Below are positions 25,822 through 38,989 of a DNA stretch of 64,000 nt, piece by piece. Source of the stretch: Octopus sinensis. Taxonomy: Eukaryota. A program made the position numbers and the translations under genes. The stretch is taken from NCBI RefSeq assembly GCF_006345805.1, contig NC_042997.1, positions 122,822,001 to 122,886,000 of the forward strand. The letters are read 5' to 3'. Below the pieces are notes generated by a model. That model searched no databases, was not told the DNA's origin, and saw only the letters and a list, made by a program, of their open reading frames with translations. Numbering within the stretch: the first letter of the stretch is position 1; each line of letters begins with the position of its first letter.

Positions 25822-26320
25822 TAACTTAGATAACTTAGATATGTTTCGATCAAAGATCGGTCCAGGCCATGTCTAACTTAATAGCACCACCTGATAGGAT
25901 TATTCGAGTTTAAGTCAGGTTTTGTTCAAGTAGTGAGTTCTTGTTGGGTGAGTTGTATCCAATTATGGGTGGCTTATCTGGTATTCTTTGAAGGAATCTA
26001 TCCAGACTCCGTTTAAAGTTGATGGGATCCTTTTCCTCTTTGATCTCCCTCGGGACAATGTTAAATAGGGCAGGGCCTGTTGAGGAAAAGAAATTATATT
26101 GCAGTATACATGTATGTTGTGATCTTGAATTGGGCAGGGGACGTATGGCCCGTGGTCCCAGTCTTGGATGAACCTTGAAGCTAATGTTAAGGTCGTTTGG
26201 GCAAAGTTGGCGGTATATTCTCCACATCGTACAAATGATGTACCGCTCACGGCGACGCTGGAGGGAGTAAAGTTTTAAGGCTTTAAGGCGATTTGGCAAA
26301 AATGCTATCCTAAGGTTGAT
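25822..26320 (-). mobile_element. 3' fragment of an APE-RT LINE (same broad clade as 2861-6448, different family)
   Basis: ORF 25910-26326 reads RLKALKLYSLQRRRERY..GPALFNIVP..FKRSLDRFL..IPDKP..NSLLE; short tandem tail (TTATCTAAG). Confidence 0.9.
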
Positions 26321-26749
26321 TGTCAAGTCTCTTCAGGTCTGAAAAATATTTCAGAGGAAATTCTTGTACTCTAGTATTGTATGATACACTTCTGCAGGCC
26401 AAGAATATGTTTCATTCCCAGGATCTTTTAATATCTACAGAAGCAATTATATTATCTGTATATAAACACGCTAAGGTCGAATATGCGATATTGTCACATC
26501 GATGGCTAGTAGAAGGGAAATCAAAGGGAGAGAGAGTGAGTGAGAGAGAGGAAACAAGTGAGAGAGTGACAGAACGAAAAGGAAGGGTGGTTAGTAGTGA
26601 AGGCGAGGTGAAACTGATTAGGAGTCGGGTGAATAAGGCACTTAAATGGTAAGAGAGCGGATCTGGTCAAAATTTAAATGCTATTTCTTTATTATTCATA
26701 AGGATTTACATAGATGGGGACAATACAATGATTTAGGGTCAAATGGAAC

Positions 26750-26832
26750 TATTTACAGTGAAATCGAATGGTTTATTTACAGTGAAATCGAATGGATTAT
26801 TTACAGTGAAATCGAATGGATTATTTACAATG
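26750..26832. repeat. 24-bp minisatellite, ~3.4 copies
   Basis: Unit TTATTTACAGTGAAATCGAATGGA. Confidence 0.95.
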
Positions 26833-28484
26833 AAAATGAAAATGAAATTGAACAAGAACAAACAAACAAAAAGGGACATATGAAGTCAAAAGAACGGGAT
26901 AGCCGACCCCACGAGCCCTGTTATTTTAACTGAAGCCTTTTGGTCAACATTTAAATGCATAAACAGCAACTATAGGCGAATACAAACGTATTTTTGGGTC
27001 GGTGTCAAAACAAAAATGTAACATATCAGTCACGTTACAAACTAATAATTTTATTTGTATCGGTTGTTAAGTTAACCTAAATAATCACACCCTCATTTCT
27101 CTTCCTTTAAACTTAGACATAAAGCTAATAGCACGTCATTATCCATGAAGGTTTGGGAACTCAAAGATAATAATATTAAATTCAACATAATATGGAATAT
27201 AATTCGTAGAGCTCAACGTCACTCGAATAGTTGATATGGGTGCGAACTGTGCTGTATGAAGCTGTACGAAATATATAAATATAGGCATAAAGGTAATTTA
27301 ATTAATAATAGTTAGCTCTGAAATGTTCATGCGTTCATAAAAGTAATCGTGCTGTTAAGTATTCTAAAAGCATTACTTAATCAGCTAGCCCAAGTTTCTC
27401 TAATATGAAAACATCCATACTTTCGCTTAATTTCATATTTGAGTCTGTGTAGTAGAATTACCTACGTGGTTATCTAGTGGCATCACTTAACCTCCTGGTC
27501 CCGACAGATCTTTCGTTTAGATAATTATACCTTGATTAGTTTAATATAGCTTTTACAATTATTGTATGCTTTGGGCAATTGATACTAGAACTTGTCTATA
27601 ACGTAACATATCACCTAAACCTATTGGCATTTTACCATAGCTTTATTCCTATATATAATTTTTATTACTTATAATTACACTTAATAATGTTTGGTGTTGG
27701 TGTCTTATCATACCCATAGATAAGACACCAACACAGATAAGGATTTGGTTTATCTGATTGCATTACATAATATGAAACCTTATAATTCCTCACTGAAATA
27801 TTATATTTTTTAATATTACTATAGTATGCTAATATTACTTGTTTTATAAAATGTTGCCATAACCAACTCTCTATGTCTGACTATTTATAATCTATAATAA
27901 GAAATTAACTATTTGTTTTTTTATTCATTTCCTTTCTAATTATTTATGACTTGTATACTATAGTACCCTACTGTTCTACGATTACTTTATTATAAATAAT
28001 CTTACATTCCAAATATACATTTTTACTGCTACGCTACCGTAACTAGTAATATTACTTTATTTCTTTAATCTTAATTCTATTGCGCTATTTGTGACATTTC
28101 TTTAATTACCATTAAAAATACCATACTTTCTATATTATTATTATATTATATTTACTCTGGTTTATACAATTTTTTCCCAATTCCATTTTTACTATTATCC
28201 AAATTACTTTATTACAACGCCACTCATTTTAATATAACCCCCATTTTCTACTTTAATTTTTACCTAATATAACTACTTCTCTGGTTCGCGTACTCAGCCG
28301 AAGAAAACCGTGTTCTACAATGATATAATAGATCCATTGGTCAATACAAAATCGTTAGAAACAGCTGTAATGAACTGACACCTATCCATAGTTTGCTCTG
28401 TATACGTACATACTTACACACACACACATCTGTATATATATATATATATATACATTATCCTATATCGATACATATATACATACA

Positions 28485-28693
<209 letters not shown>

Positions 28694-29394
28694 GATAAGG
28701 AAATATCAATTTCGGCGTCACAGAGATAAGATATTGAAGTTAAGAATATTAGGTTAAAATAATTTCAATAAGTAAATACATATATATCAAAGTATCAATT
28801 AGAGACAGAAATCCCTATAAAATTCAACAAATCAGAATATAAATTCAGCCATGTCATAGAATATTATATTTAATACTTACTATACATGTACAATGTTTTC
28901 GACTTATAATATATTATATAACATATTCTTATAATATATTTCCTTCTCACTAGTATATATTTTTCCGCATTCTCATATATTTTCTCATTCGTATATATTT
29001 TAAAATTATATATATATATTTTAGGCGTAATTCACATTTAATTCATGATTAATTATCGTTTAAACTGCAGGGTTCAATGAATCTATTTACACATATATAT
29101 ATTGTGACATACTAGGAATTTATTTATATATCTGTTTAGTTTGATATTCATTTAAGTTGGAATATATAATGATAGATAAACGGTGAGAGGTGGACCTGAA
29201 GATTGGGGTTGTATAAAAGGGGAGCTTCTGTAAGAGACTGCGTGTCTCAGGAACATAATACACAACCTCATGACACACATGTAGTCGACAACTTTTGACA
29301 TGAATAGTAAGTATTGAAAATTTAATTGCTATGACACGGTTGAATTTATATTGTGATTTGTCGGATTTTATGGGGATTTCTGTCTCTAAATATA

Positions 29395-29442
<48 letters not shown>

Positions 29443-29508
29443 ATATATATATTACGGAGATGTACTCGCATAGCAAGTGATTTGATCTGAGATCGTGTGC
29501 TGAAACGA

Positions 29509-29589
29509 AAACAATTGCAGCGTGGAAGGTGTTTGTAAGCCATTTAAGAAACACATGGCTTACAAACACCTTCCACGCTGCAATTGTTT
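29509..29589. repeat. Perfect 35-bp hairpin with an 11-nt loop, between (TA)n arrays
   Basis: AAACAATTGCAGCGTGGAAGGTGTTTGTAAGCCAT / ATGGCTTACAAACACCTTCCACGCTGCAATTGTTT. Confidence 0.95.
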
Positions 29590-29640
29590 ATATATATATA
29601 TAATATATATATATATATATGATTTTTAAATTTAGAATTA

Positions 29641-30125
29641 ATGGATCAAGGTCTAGATTATTATTGGTGTCGCTCAAAAAATGCTCAATCTCTACACGGT
29701 CTCCAACACCGGCAACGCTACATCATTTGTGTTATGTGGAAAATATTTCATAAATATTGGACAAATGATGTTGACATCAATTTTAAAATTCATCCAATAC
29801 TTAACCCCTTGTTATCTACCCACTGCAAAAATCGATTTCGTTACATATAGCAAAGTTACGTCATGATTACTTTATCTGAACCGGTCTAGCACTGTTTGAA
29901 ATTATACAAACTAGGTCAAAACGGAGACGGATCCCATAAAATTCAAAAGATTACTACACAAATTTCTTCAAAAAACCTCGGACCAAACTTCTATGTTACT
30001 GGAGACACGGATATGTCTCCAACAATAATAATTATTTGCTAGAGTGGGTCATGGTGCCCTATATATGACTAAAAGACTTCACCAGTTGGTGCTATTAAGT
30101 TAGACATGGCCTCTCAAAGTTATCA
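29641..30125 (+). mobile_element. Older 3' fragment of the LINE family at 25822-26320
   Basis: LQHRQRYIICVMWKIF..NFKIHP; ends GGTGCTATTAAGTTAGACATGGCC, identical to the revcomp of ~25865-25888. Confidence 0.85.
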
Positions 30126-30129
30126 AGAT

Positions 30130-30285
30130 CGCTGGCCACTAAACGTTTGTTTTTCTCTCCATGTTTATTTCTGTATTACTTTCTGTTGAAGGGCGTAGGC
30201 TCGAAGCATAAAATGACTTTCTCACTAATACATGTGTTTTTTTGTTTACACACTCGGTTTCGTCTTTTTTTGTAAATTCTCATTC

Positions 30286-30287
<2 letters not shown>
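30130..30287 (+). mobile_element. PLE-like terminal repeat fragment (GAGCGTAGGCTCGAAACGT family)
   Basis: TTCTGTTGAAGGGCGTAGGCTCGAAGC; homologous to 59300-59572; ends in (TA)n. Confidence 0.7.
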
Positions 30288-30319
<32 letters not shown>

Positions 30320-30741
30320 ATTTGAGGGTGCAATTGCCCCGTACAGGATTGTTAATAGCAATCGAAATGCCAACTGGCATTATCAATGATATTAAACTTA
30401 TATAAATGTAGTAATCCATATGTTGCTGGGTATCTTCAGGGAAAATAAGTATATTTTCCGGTCTAGAATTACAAAATAACTTATTTTAGGGCTTTGTTCA
30501 GAAATTTTCATATGTAAACAACGCGAAGTTCATGTGATTAGAAATTGATCATAGAAAATGTAGCTAACATTGAACGTGAAAATGATGCTTAAACATCAAA
30601 TGCATTAAAAAAAATATATTTATAAGTATATTTATATTAGAATATAAGAATAAAAATCACGTTAATGATTGTTATCAGCCAGTATGCTATCAAACTTTTG
30701 TATTTGTTATTACATTTATAATATATTTATAAAGGTCTATA

Positions 30742-31040
30742 GGAGGAAGATAGGAGAAAGACAAATGTAACTTGTCATGAGGAGTATAATATAGAAAGAA
30801 TTAGATTGAGAAATGATAATAAAGAAGGTATGAAATGTATGTTTATATTATACTACGATAATGTAATTTATCGTGCTACAGAGAAATATATTGATATTTA
30901 TATCTATAAAAAGTTTATGGGAGAAAATAGGATAAATAGAAATATAACTTATCTTGAGGGGTGTAATATACAAAGAATTAGATTAAGTGATGTTAATGTA
31001 GAAGGAATGAAAAATTTGTTCATATTATACTACGATGTAT
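30742..31040 (+). repeat. Diverged 177-bp tandem duplication
   Basis: AAAGAATTAGATT...ATATTATACTACGAT is repeated at a 177-bp offset (TACTACGAT at 30851 and 31028). Confidence 0.8.
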
Positions 31041-33277
31041 TTTAGAAGTACTTTGGAGGAAGATTATAATATTGTAATTATTTAGGGTTAAATGAATTAG
31101 GATATAATTTTGGTGTTCGAAGAAAATATATTAGGTATGTAAAACATATTAGTATATAAGATAAACTATATTTTACTCACATAGGAGATGCGAGAGAAAA
31201 TGGTATTACAATATTATTTCCCGAGGTCAAACTGTGAGTAACAAATATTTTCTTTTTATTCATATGGTTAGCCATATGTTTTTTTATTATAATAATGCAA
31301 AAATATGTGTTTTACTAAAGAAATATATCTATAATGTTTATGGATAATATGGATATAAATACGCAGGTGTAAATTTAAGTTTCATATTTATATATATTGA
31401 AATATATTAAATGTATCAACAGTCATTCATGCAGGACTATAAGATTATATAAAATAAAGGATAACATGTTTAATTTACTGCAAGATAATACAAATGCTTA
31501 CATGTTGAACATTTCTATTATCTTGGAGCAAGAGGGTGTTACGTGAAGTATCGTATCGCGAACCATGAAGACTCATTTCGACATATTAATTGACGTCGTA
31601 GCACATGCCTTAGTAAATTTATCTCGAAACTTAAAGAGAGTAATAAAACGAATAAAACTTGATGGAAAGATATAAATACTGTTCTTCACTATAAGCCACA
31701 AATCAAGGCATGTTCGCTCTGCCTCAATGAAACACAATCTCTAAAATGAAAAGTCAGAAACAGTTTGCCAGTGTTTGCAACACCTAAAAACTTTCGGATG
31801 TTGATGATTGAAAGATACTGTTGGATTGCAACATGTGTAGGAAATTCTTTGGATACTTTTTTTTTTTGGTTTTTATTAATCCGGTTTCTTTTATTGTTAT
31901 TTCTTTATATATCTCTGTTTCTTTGCATTACAGTTCTATTGTGAAACAAATAAAAGGAACCAGGCATCCATTATATTTTTATTCTCAAGATTCTTTTATT
32001 TAATTTATATATATACATACGGATATATGTGTTTGTGTCTGTGTGCGTATGTGCTTGTGTATTTGTATATGTACACAGATAAAAAAATGGAGAAAGCGGG
32101 ACAGATACACAGATAGATCATACCAAACGCAGTGTGGTGCCGTTTAGTGGAAATAAATATTAAATAGAGAACGAAAGCGGGAAAAATAGAGAGACACGTT
32201 TATTTGCTGAGTTCGTGGCGTCAACATATGTAATTAGCCTCAAAGATATATGGACGCATAGACGGCTGACAATTTGGATGTGAAGATATATCAATAGATA
32301 ATAAAATTAAAGTTAAATTCCCTTAGCTAATAACTATGGATGTTCCAGAATTATTTTTACGTGTTCTAGTCCAAAGTTTGTGGTCATGCCATGAGACCGC
32401 CATTATTCATTTTCTATATGTTATTAGGTTAATTCCTCTCTGTATCGTTTGTGTAAACCGATACGTACATCTACAGACGGCAAAGTAATTATAGATAAAC
32501 AAATATACATGCTAGCATGTATGTATAAATGCATGCATGCATTCATGCATGTGTTCAAGTATGTATGGGAAAGATAGGCATGTATGTAGGGAGAGAAGTA
32601 CGAAGGCTAGTACATTGATAGGCTCGTAGGTAAGTAATTCTGCAGATATGTGAGTAAGTATACAAATAGATATATAGATAGAGAGTCACGAAGTTTGTGG
32701 TATATTCTGTTGCCTTAGCATATATCTCAGCACATATGTCTGTAGTTATATAGGGTATCACTTTGTGTTCATTGGAGATCTGTTAAGTTGATTGCGTTCT
32801 TATTTTGATGTAACATTGTGCAGAATATATAAAATGTGAATTTTTATTTGTTCTTTATTTTTTTGCTGCCCTTGTATCAACGCGCGTTTATGGTTTGTCA
32901 TTAAATGGAGTAAGACGTAGGATGTAAGCTCTCGTACGGTGTTATATACATATTTTTCAGCTGTGTTGTCAATTTTTTATTCTATTGTAACTAAGCTGTC
33001 ACTTGGAAAATTAATTTTTGGAACCGTGTGTATTTTTTGATTTTGTAAATATTGTTCAACCAATTCATTACCAGATCTTTGATTAATTATTTATACTGTG
33101 AGTTATGCTCATTTTGCAGTCCATATCATATTTATCCGGCATCTTCGCATCATTGTTCAAATCAAAATTACTACAATAAAATGAGCATGAAGATGCATCT
33201 CCATACATTTCAGTTAGTATTCTTTGTGTTCATTTGTATATATGTCTGGAAGTGTTCTTTATTCCACTTGTTTCTCG

Positions 33278-33322
<45 letters not shown>

Positions 33323-33323
<1 letters not shown>

Positions 33324-33495
33324 ATAAAAATGGTAAGGCAACAAAAAATGAAAGAGACCTTGATATTATGTAAATAGTGGAATTTATCTGTAAAAGTAAT
33401 ATGTGACAATTATTTGGTAGCCATGATAAAACTCCGAGTTTCGGATTCCGAGGTGGAAATCCATGCTGCCATCTCTTCAGTTATCTGGCCATCGT
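33323..33495 (-). mobile_element. Short PLE-type terminal repeat carrying a hammerhead, abutting (TA)n
   Basis: Contains the motif at 33419-33490; its 3' end runs into the (TA)n array at 33279-33322. Confidence 0.65.
33419..33490 (-). ncRNA. Minimal type-I hammerhead ribozyme
   Basis: Minus strand: GGCCA-GATAA [CTGAAGA] G-ATGGCAGCATGGATTTCCACCTCGGAATC-C [GAAA] CTC-G-GAG [TT] TTATC-A-TGGCT. The core is complete, stem I pairs, and stem III is near-palindromic. Confidence 0.75.
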
Positions 33496-33974
33496 AAAAA
33501 ATGCTGTGAAAATCACCCTATATATATATGATGTCATATTCCGGGATGATCATTTTTTTGCCAAATAAATACACGCACTATATATTCTTCGTTTCAACGT
33601 TATTATGGTTTTTATTCTTTGTGTCATTTGTCTTAAACTTTTCGCCTCACATACTGTAAAGTATTCAGCGTCTCTCCATTCCATGAATTTCCATCCCTTG
33701 TAACTCTGCCTGTTCTAAAAGGACAGAATGGGCTAAACAGAACAATAAGAGTCATGTAGGACGGTGAGTCGATGAAGAGGTCACAGGATGTGGGAAGAAA
33801 GGTTTCCAGTCAAACGAATCTAAGATAACAACAATAATGCATCTGAAGCGAAAGCGAATGTATAGTGCGTGCATTTGTTTGACACAACAAAATATGACTA
33901 TCCCGAAATATAACAATACCTGTTTCAACAATCTATTTCACACCAAGAAAATTTTGCAAATCAAATGCATAAAC

Positions 33975-33992
33975 GTGTGTGTGTGTGTGTGC

Positions 33993-34063
<71 letters not shown>

Positions 34064-34070
34064 TGCGTGT
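33975..34070. repeat. (GT)n microsatellite
   Basis: Direct inspection. Confidence 0.95.
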
Positions 34071-36595
34071 TCTAGAGTACTGTAGACTGGTCTCGCTATG
34101 TACCATGTAGAGTAAATGTTTAGATCGCTTATTTTTCACTTTGTGATATGAAAATAAACTGTATTGTACATATAACTGAAGATGACAGATTCCCTTTTCA
34201 AACGAACTCTCTGCGTGGTCAGTACCTCACGTCAATATATTTATGTATAATCTTTCACAAAATTATTCACTACTGAATGTTAATATTCTTTATCTCAAAT
34301 AACAATTTGCTTATCTTCTTTTAACAAAGACTGGGTGATGTTTTGACTTGTATTCTTACTTACGCCCCCTTTATCTTGTCTTTTAATATATTGCCGACCA
34401 GTACTTTTGTTCAGCGCTTCTCCCTTAATTTGTTTTGGAATTTTGCCCTTTCTTTTCCCATTTTCTCGGGTTTTTTCTCTTTATCTAAATTAACGTCAAC
34501 AAGTGCAGCTCCTTGTTTGTAGTTTATGAAATTCTTAAGTGTAAAGAAAAAAATGATTATTGCACTCCTGAACAGTCGTGTAGATGTGTGTCTTGAACAT
34601 ACTCTTTGTTTTTTCGTTCGTTTTCCTTTTGAAATTATCGTGTCGACAAGGTTTTCTGTAACGAGTCTCTATCATAATATTGTTTCCTGTCACCTGTCTG
34701 TACCATATTTTACATTTACATATTTTATATCTCATACATTTAACATAAAAAATATTTGGCATAACGTCAAGTAAAATAATTGCAAATCAGATCGCGGACA
34801 CATTCAAAACAATGATGATGTTTTCGAAAGGTTTTTGCTAGTGTAATTTCATTGTTTTTCTTTTTCTGCTCACTCCTACACATGTTGTATGATAATGAGC
34901 CAGACTAGATTCCTCAATGTATCCCTAGAGACACAGCAACATACCAATGCTGTTCTAAATATCTCCGGTCTCACGATTTCAAACCTCAAAAGAGAAGAGA
35001 AGCAGTACACAAATGATCATTCAATATTTCAATGAGAAAACGGAAATAAAACCGGACAAATCTGGAAACGCTTTAATACAAAAATCACAATTTTCTGCTG
35101 CATAGAAATATTCAATGACTCTGATGCTAAACAGAAGGAAACAACGGAATACACTGAATATAGCTGAGTGACATAGACATCGCTCAGACCCCTGAGCTAT
35201 AATCAATGCAATGTGTTGAGTATTTTATTTGGATTTTTGTTTAGTCAGTCGAAATCCATTAAATCTTTTGCAAATTTTCTTGTTACGTTGCAAAAGAATC
35301 TTAGAATATTTTAAAATAATAAAATAATAAAAATAAGGAAAAAAGTTGAAGCATACTTTTGTGAGATTGAAAACTAGAGAAAAACATTAATAACTAACAT
35401 CTTCAACAGCCACCTGTCATTCACTGGTCCCCAACCACATTTCCGTCTTTAGAGGCATTCTTGTTGAATACCAGGCTTATTATATGTATGATACTGCTTA
35501 AAAGATGTCTAGTGTTACGGTCTATAGAACCTTTACAGTTACGGTCTGGTATTTTCCATTCCGATGCTACAAAACTATATATTATGGCTGGCTCTGTAAA
35601 TGTGTTAATGGTATTTTTTCTAATTACATGGCTTTAGTATTGTTTTTTTTCTTTCTCACAAACTATTAATTTCTCGTTTATATTTGTATAGCTTTCACAT
35701 TCATACACTATTTTACTTTCCTCTATGCTAAAGTATTTCAGAGAGCAGAAATGTTAAGCTCTTGTATTATCTCTATGGAATTCCAAATCATCTGTCCGAA
35801 CAGCTAGTCTGCTTCATTGTATTGCGATTTTCCAGTCCAAAGAATATTTGAATGTCTCTGCTAAATTGCCTGACATTACAGCGTTGAGTCTCTACTAATG
35901 AATGATGATAGGTCAATCATGAAGAGATGTAAAATGAGCCTGGTCATACTTCTCTTCATACAGTTGCATAAATTAGATATCTTTAGTGATCTGACCTACA
36001 GAGAACTAACCTAAACAAAAGTAAGGTCAAGATATACAAACATCTATCAGTGTTTCAGTATATATCTGTATGAGAATATAGTTTACAATTATACCTTCGA
36101 TTAAGACTACAAGAACTGTAAATAATGTTTTCGATGATAGTTGAAAGTAATTCAAAATGTTATCCAAAATATGTGCATTTCCATTATCTTCATAAAAAAT
36201 ACATCCCAACCTAAATAAATGACATTTATGTAATCAATCAAGATATGAATTACATTATATTACAGTCTCTGTCTCATCGTCCTATACGACCATCCTGATA
36301 ATAGACCGCTCATTATAACACATCTCCTTGATGTACATCTATTCTACCCTTAGACATTTCCCGAATGAATTTTTAAAATTAAAAAAAAATCTGGATAATA
36401 GGGTGAAGAGCTGTTTAAAGGTCATAGTAGCAAATGGTGACGTGGCAACACTATTGGTTACCCTCTGTTCATTTTTCATTTTTAACAAATATTTGGTACA
36501 CCTAATAATACTTCGTCAGGAATATCCAATAAGAATTTGACAACTTTGTGTTTATTAGTATTATCTTTTACAAGAAGGTACCAATAAGTTTTATC

Positions 36596-37210
36596 GTTTA
36601 CTTGCTTTAGTCATTGACTTGCAGCCATCCTGGAGCACCGCATGAGAAAAGTTTGGTCGAACAAATCGACTCCAGCACTTATTTGTTTTAAAAAGATATT
36701 CTGTGACTTTTGCTGAACCGCTAGTTTACGGGGCATATAAACGCAAAAGCTGACAGTCAAGAAGTAGTGGGGTAAAAACAGAGCATTTTTCACCATTTTA
36801 GAAATCGGTCGATGTTTACAATAGTGTTCTTTATAAGGCTGACAGGGTGACTCAGGTTCTTTAACCCTCGACGACGGAGTAATGGGAAACCGAGGAAAAC
36901 ATATCAAATCTGAAATCAGCGCTGATATGACTTAATCTCGCTTGTCGTAAGGAAGGAGCCTGACTCCCTTGACAGCCGTTAGAAAAATGCTGTCACGTAG
37001 GTAAGAGCTGTTTTGACGCCTCCGACGAGAGAGTTCCTCATGTATGTCAGACGGGTTTCTTTAAGTTTCCATCTACCAAATACATTAGTAAGGCGTCGGT
37101 CAGCTCGAGGCTATATTATGAGACACTCGCCGATGGTGTCACGCTATGAGAATAAAATAAACGCAGCCATGTAGTTGGGAAGCAAATTTCTTATCATTCA
37201 GCCACACCAT
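36596..37210 (-). mobile_element. Degenerate SINE family B; head (37048-37210) and tail (36596-36780) are separated by ~270 bp of unrelated sequence
   Basis: Tail TTACTTGCTTTAGTCATTGACTTGCAGCCATCCTGGAGCACCGC; head-side GACGGGTTTCTTTAAGTTTCCATCTACCAAAT. Confidence 0.7.
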
Positions 37211-38989
37211 ATTTTAATCTCACGCTCTATGTTGTATCACATGTGATGGACGTTGACTAAAATCTAAACTGTGTGCTGTAGATAAATAGTGTAACTGTTA
37301 CCAGAGTAGACTCCTAAGTTCGAGATTTTTTTTACTACAATGCTACCGCTTTTTGACCTAAAGATAAGTGGATTCTCCGTTTTCTCGAAGCCACCGAACA
37401 CATCTGCCACAAAAGGTAGAGCTTAAGACGGAATAGTGAAACCAGGAATTTGAAACCGTGAAAATATCAATGCTTTACGCCTCCATTATCGAGAGTCAGT
37501 GTAGAGCCGCAATTTAGGCATTAAGGTCTCTCCCGTATCCTTACTCGATATGACTCCGAAAATGTTCGACAAATTACCGCTGAAATAGTGTGCTCTTATT
37601 TTCAGTCTCTTAGCTTGCAGTGATCAACATCCGCCAATGGCCTAACTGGTTTTCTCAACACATCTCTCGTCTACAATTTGTTTTCATAGAATGGTGTTAA
37701 TTCCTCCATGTTTTAGACTATGGGCTATAGATGACAACACGTCTATCGTCTTTAATTTTGAATTGTTTCGGGCCAATTTCACTGCAACATTGTGGATCTC
37801 AATACCTTTCTTAGACGCCCCATCCGAAGTTTTATCTAGGTCTTCCTTTCTACTAGTTTTTTGTATAACTTGTCTCTAACTAGAACTTTTCTATTTTTTC
37901 AGATCGTCCAATTTAATGTGTACCACGATTTGCTGCTGAAGATCGCATGTACCAAAACTTGCTAAACTAATTCTCTTATACTGATGATGGTTTTGCGAAG
38001 GCAAGGACGAGTTCAGGTTCAAGTAGCATACTCAAGACGTTTATGGGAATTGTCCTTACAATTGATAAATATGCGGTCTGTTTCACCGATGATTTAGAAT
38101 ATAGACAGAAGACAATTCCCGTGCTACCAGTTGTAACAAACATTATATTTCGCTACTTACTAGAAAACCGATGCTGTGTGTCCATAGGCTCATTTGGAAA
38201 GTTATAACGCTAGCTCTCAGACAGTTGGAAATGCCTGAACAGTTTGTGACGATTTTCACCTCTCTCTCTCTCTCTCTTATTACCCAGACACACATAATCC
38301 CAACGTTCTACAAGATGCTGATTCAGTCTCTAGTTACAGAAGTAGGACATTCCCAGCCAAGACTCTAAAAGAAAATTGTCTACAACTGTCCAGTTCTAGA
38401 TAGCTGCTACTTCAAAGCTTTGGTTTTCGCTGCTGGTCACGATGAAATAATACAGTCTTAGCATTTGAAAGAAGAAGACGGCCACCATTGCTGAATCGTG
38501 AGCTACCATATGAAATACTGATTCCGTTTACTGTTCCCGGTCGAGATCGTGATGCGTACACATATCAGATGGGACTTAATATTCATGACTCGAAGTTTCT
38601 AGTTATCCTGATAGCCACAATGTCCGAGATTATAATAAGGTACGGCACTGAAAGTACCCATAATAAGTAAGGCAATATTGGATTAAAGGGGAAAGTGAGA
38701 GACTCTGTTTTGCCTTAACACTGTGAAAAGAAAGGCTATATGTTCTTCCGGTTACTTGCGGTGTTTACAATAAAGTTTTATCCACCATTATTGTTTATGA
38801 TCCCTCAGAAACAGTACATCTGTCAGGATATTTTGTTTTAAGTTTGCGTATTTTCCTGCGTTGCTTTTGGGATTTGTATGTTGAATTCTTATTTGCATCA
38901 TCAATTCTTTAAAGTCAGTGTTTATGTGGACCTAATGTATAAGTATAGGCTTTTAAAAAATAAAATGTTGTTTCTGTCGGTTTGGATGC

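Noticed and set aside
26750-26832. Regularly spaced 24-bp repeats resembling a CRISPR array
   Set aside because: The units are head-to-tail with no spacers, there are no cas genes, and the context is eukaryotic.
30340-30390. Two adjacent hairpins around GAAA resembling hammerhead stems II and III
   Set aside because: There is no CTGANGA upstream of stem II and no stem I.
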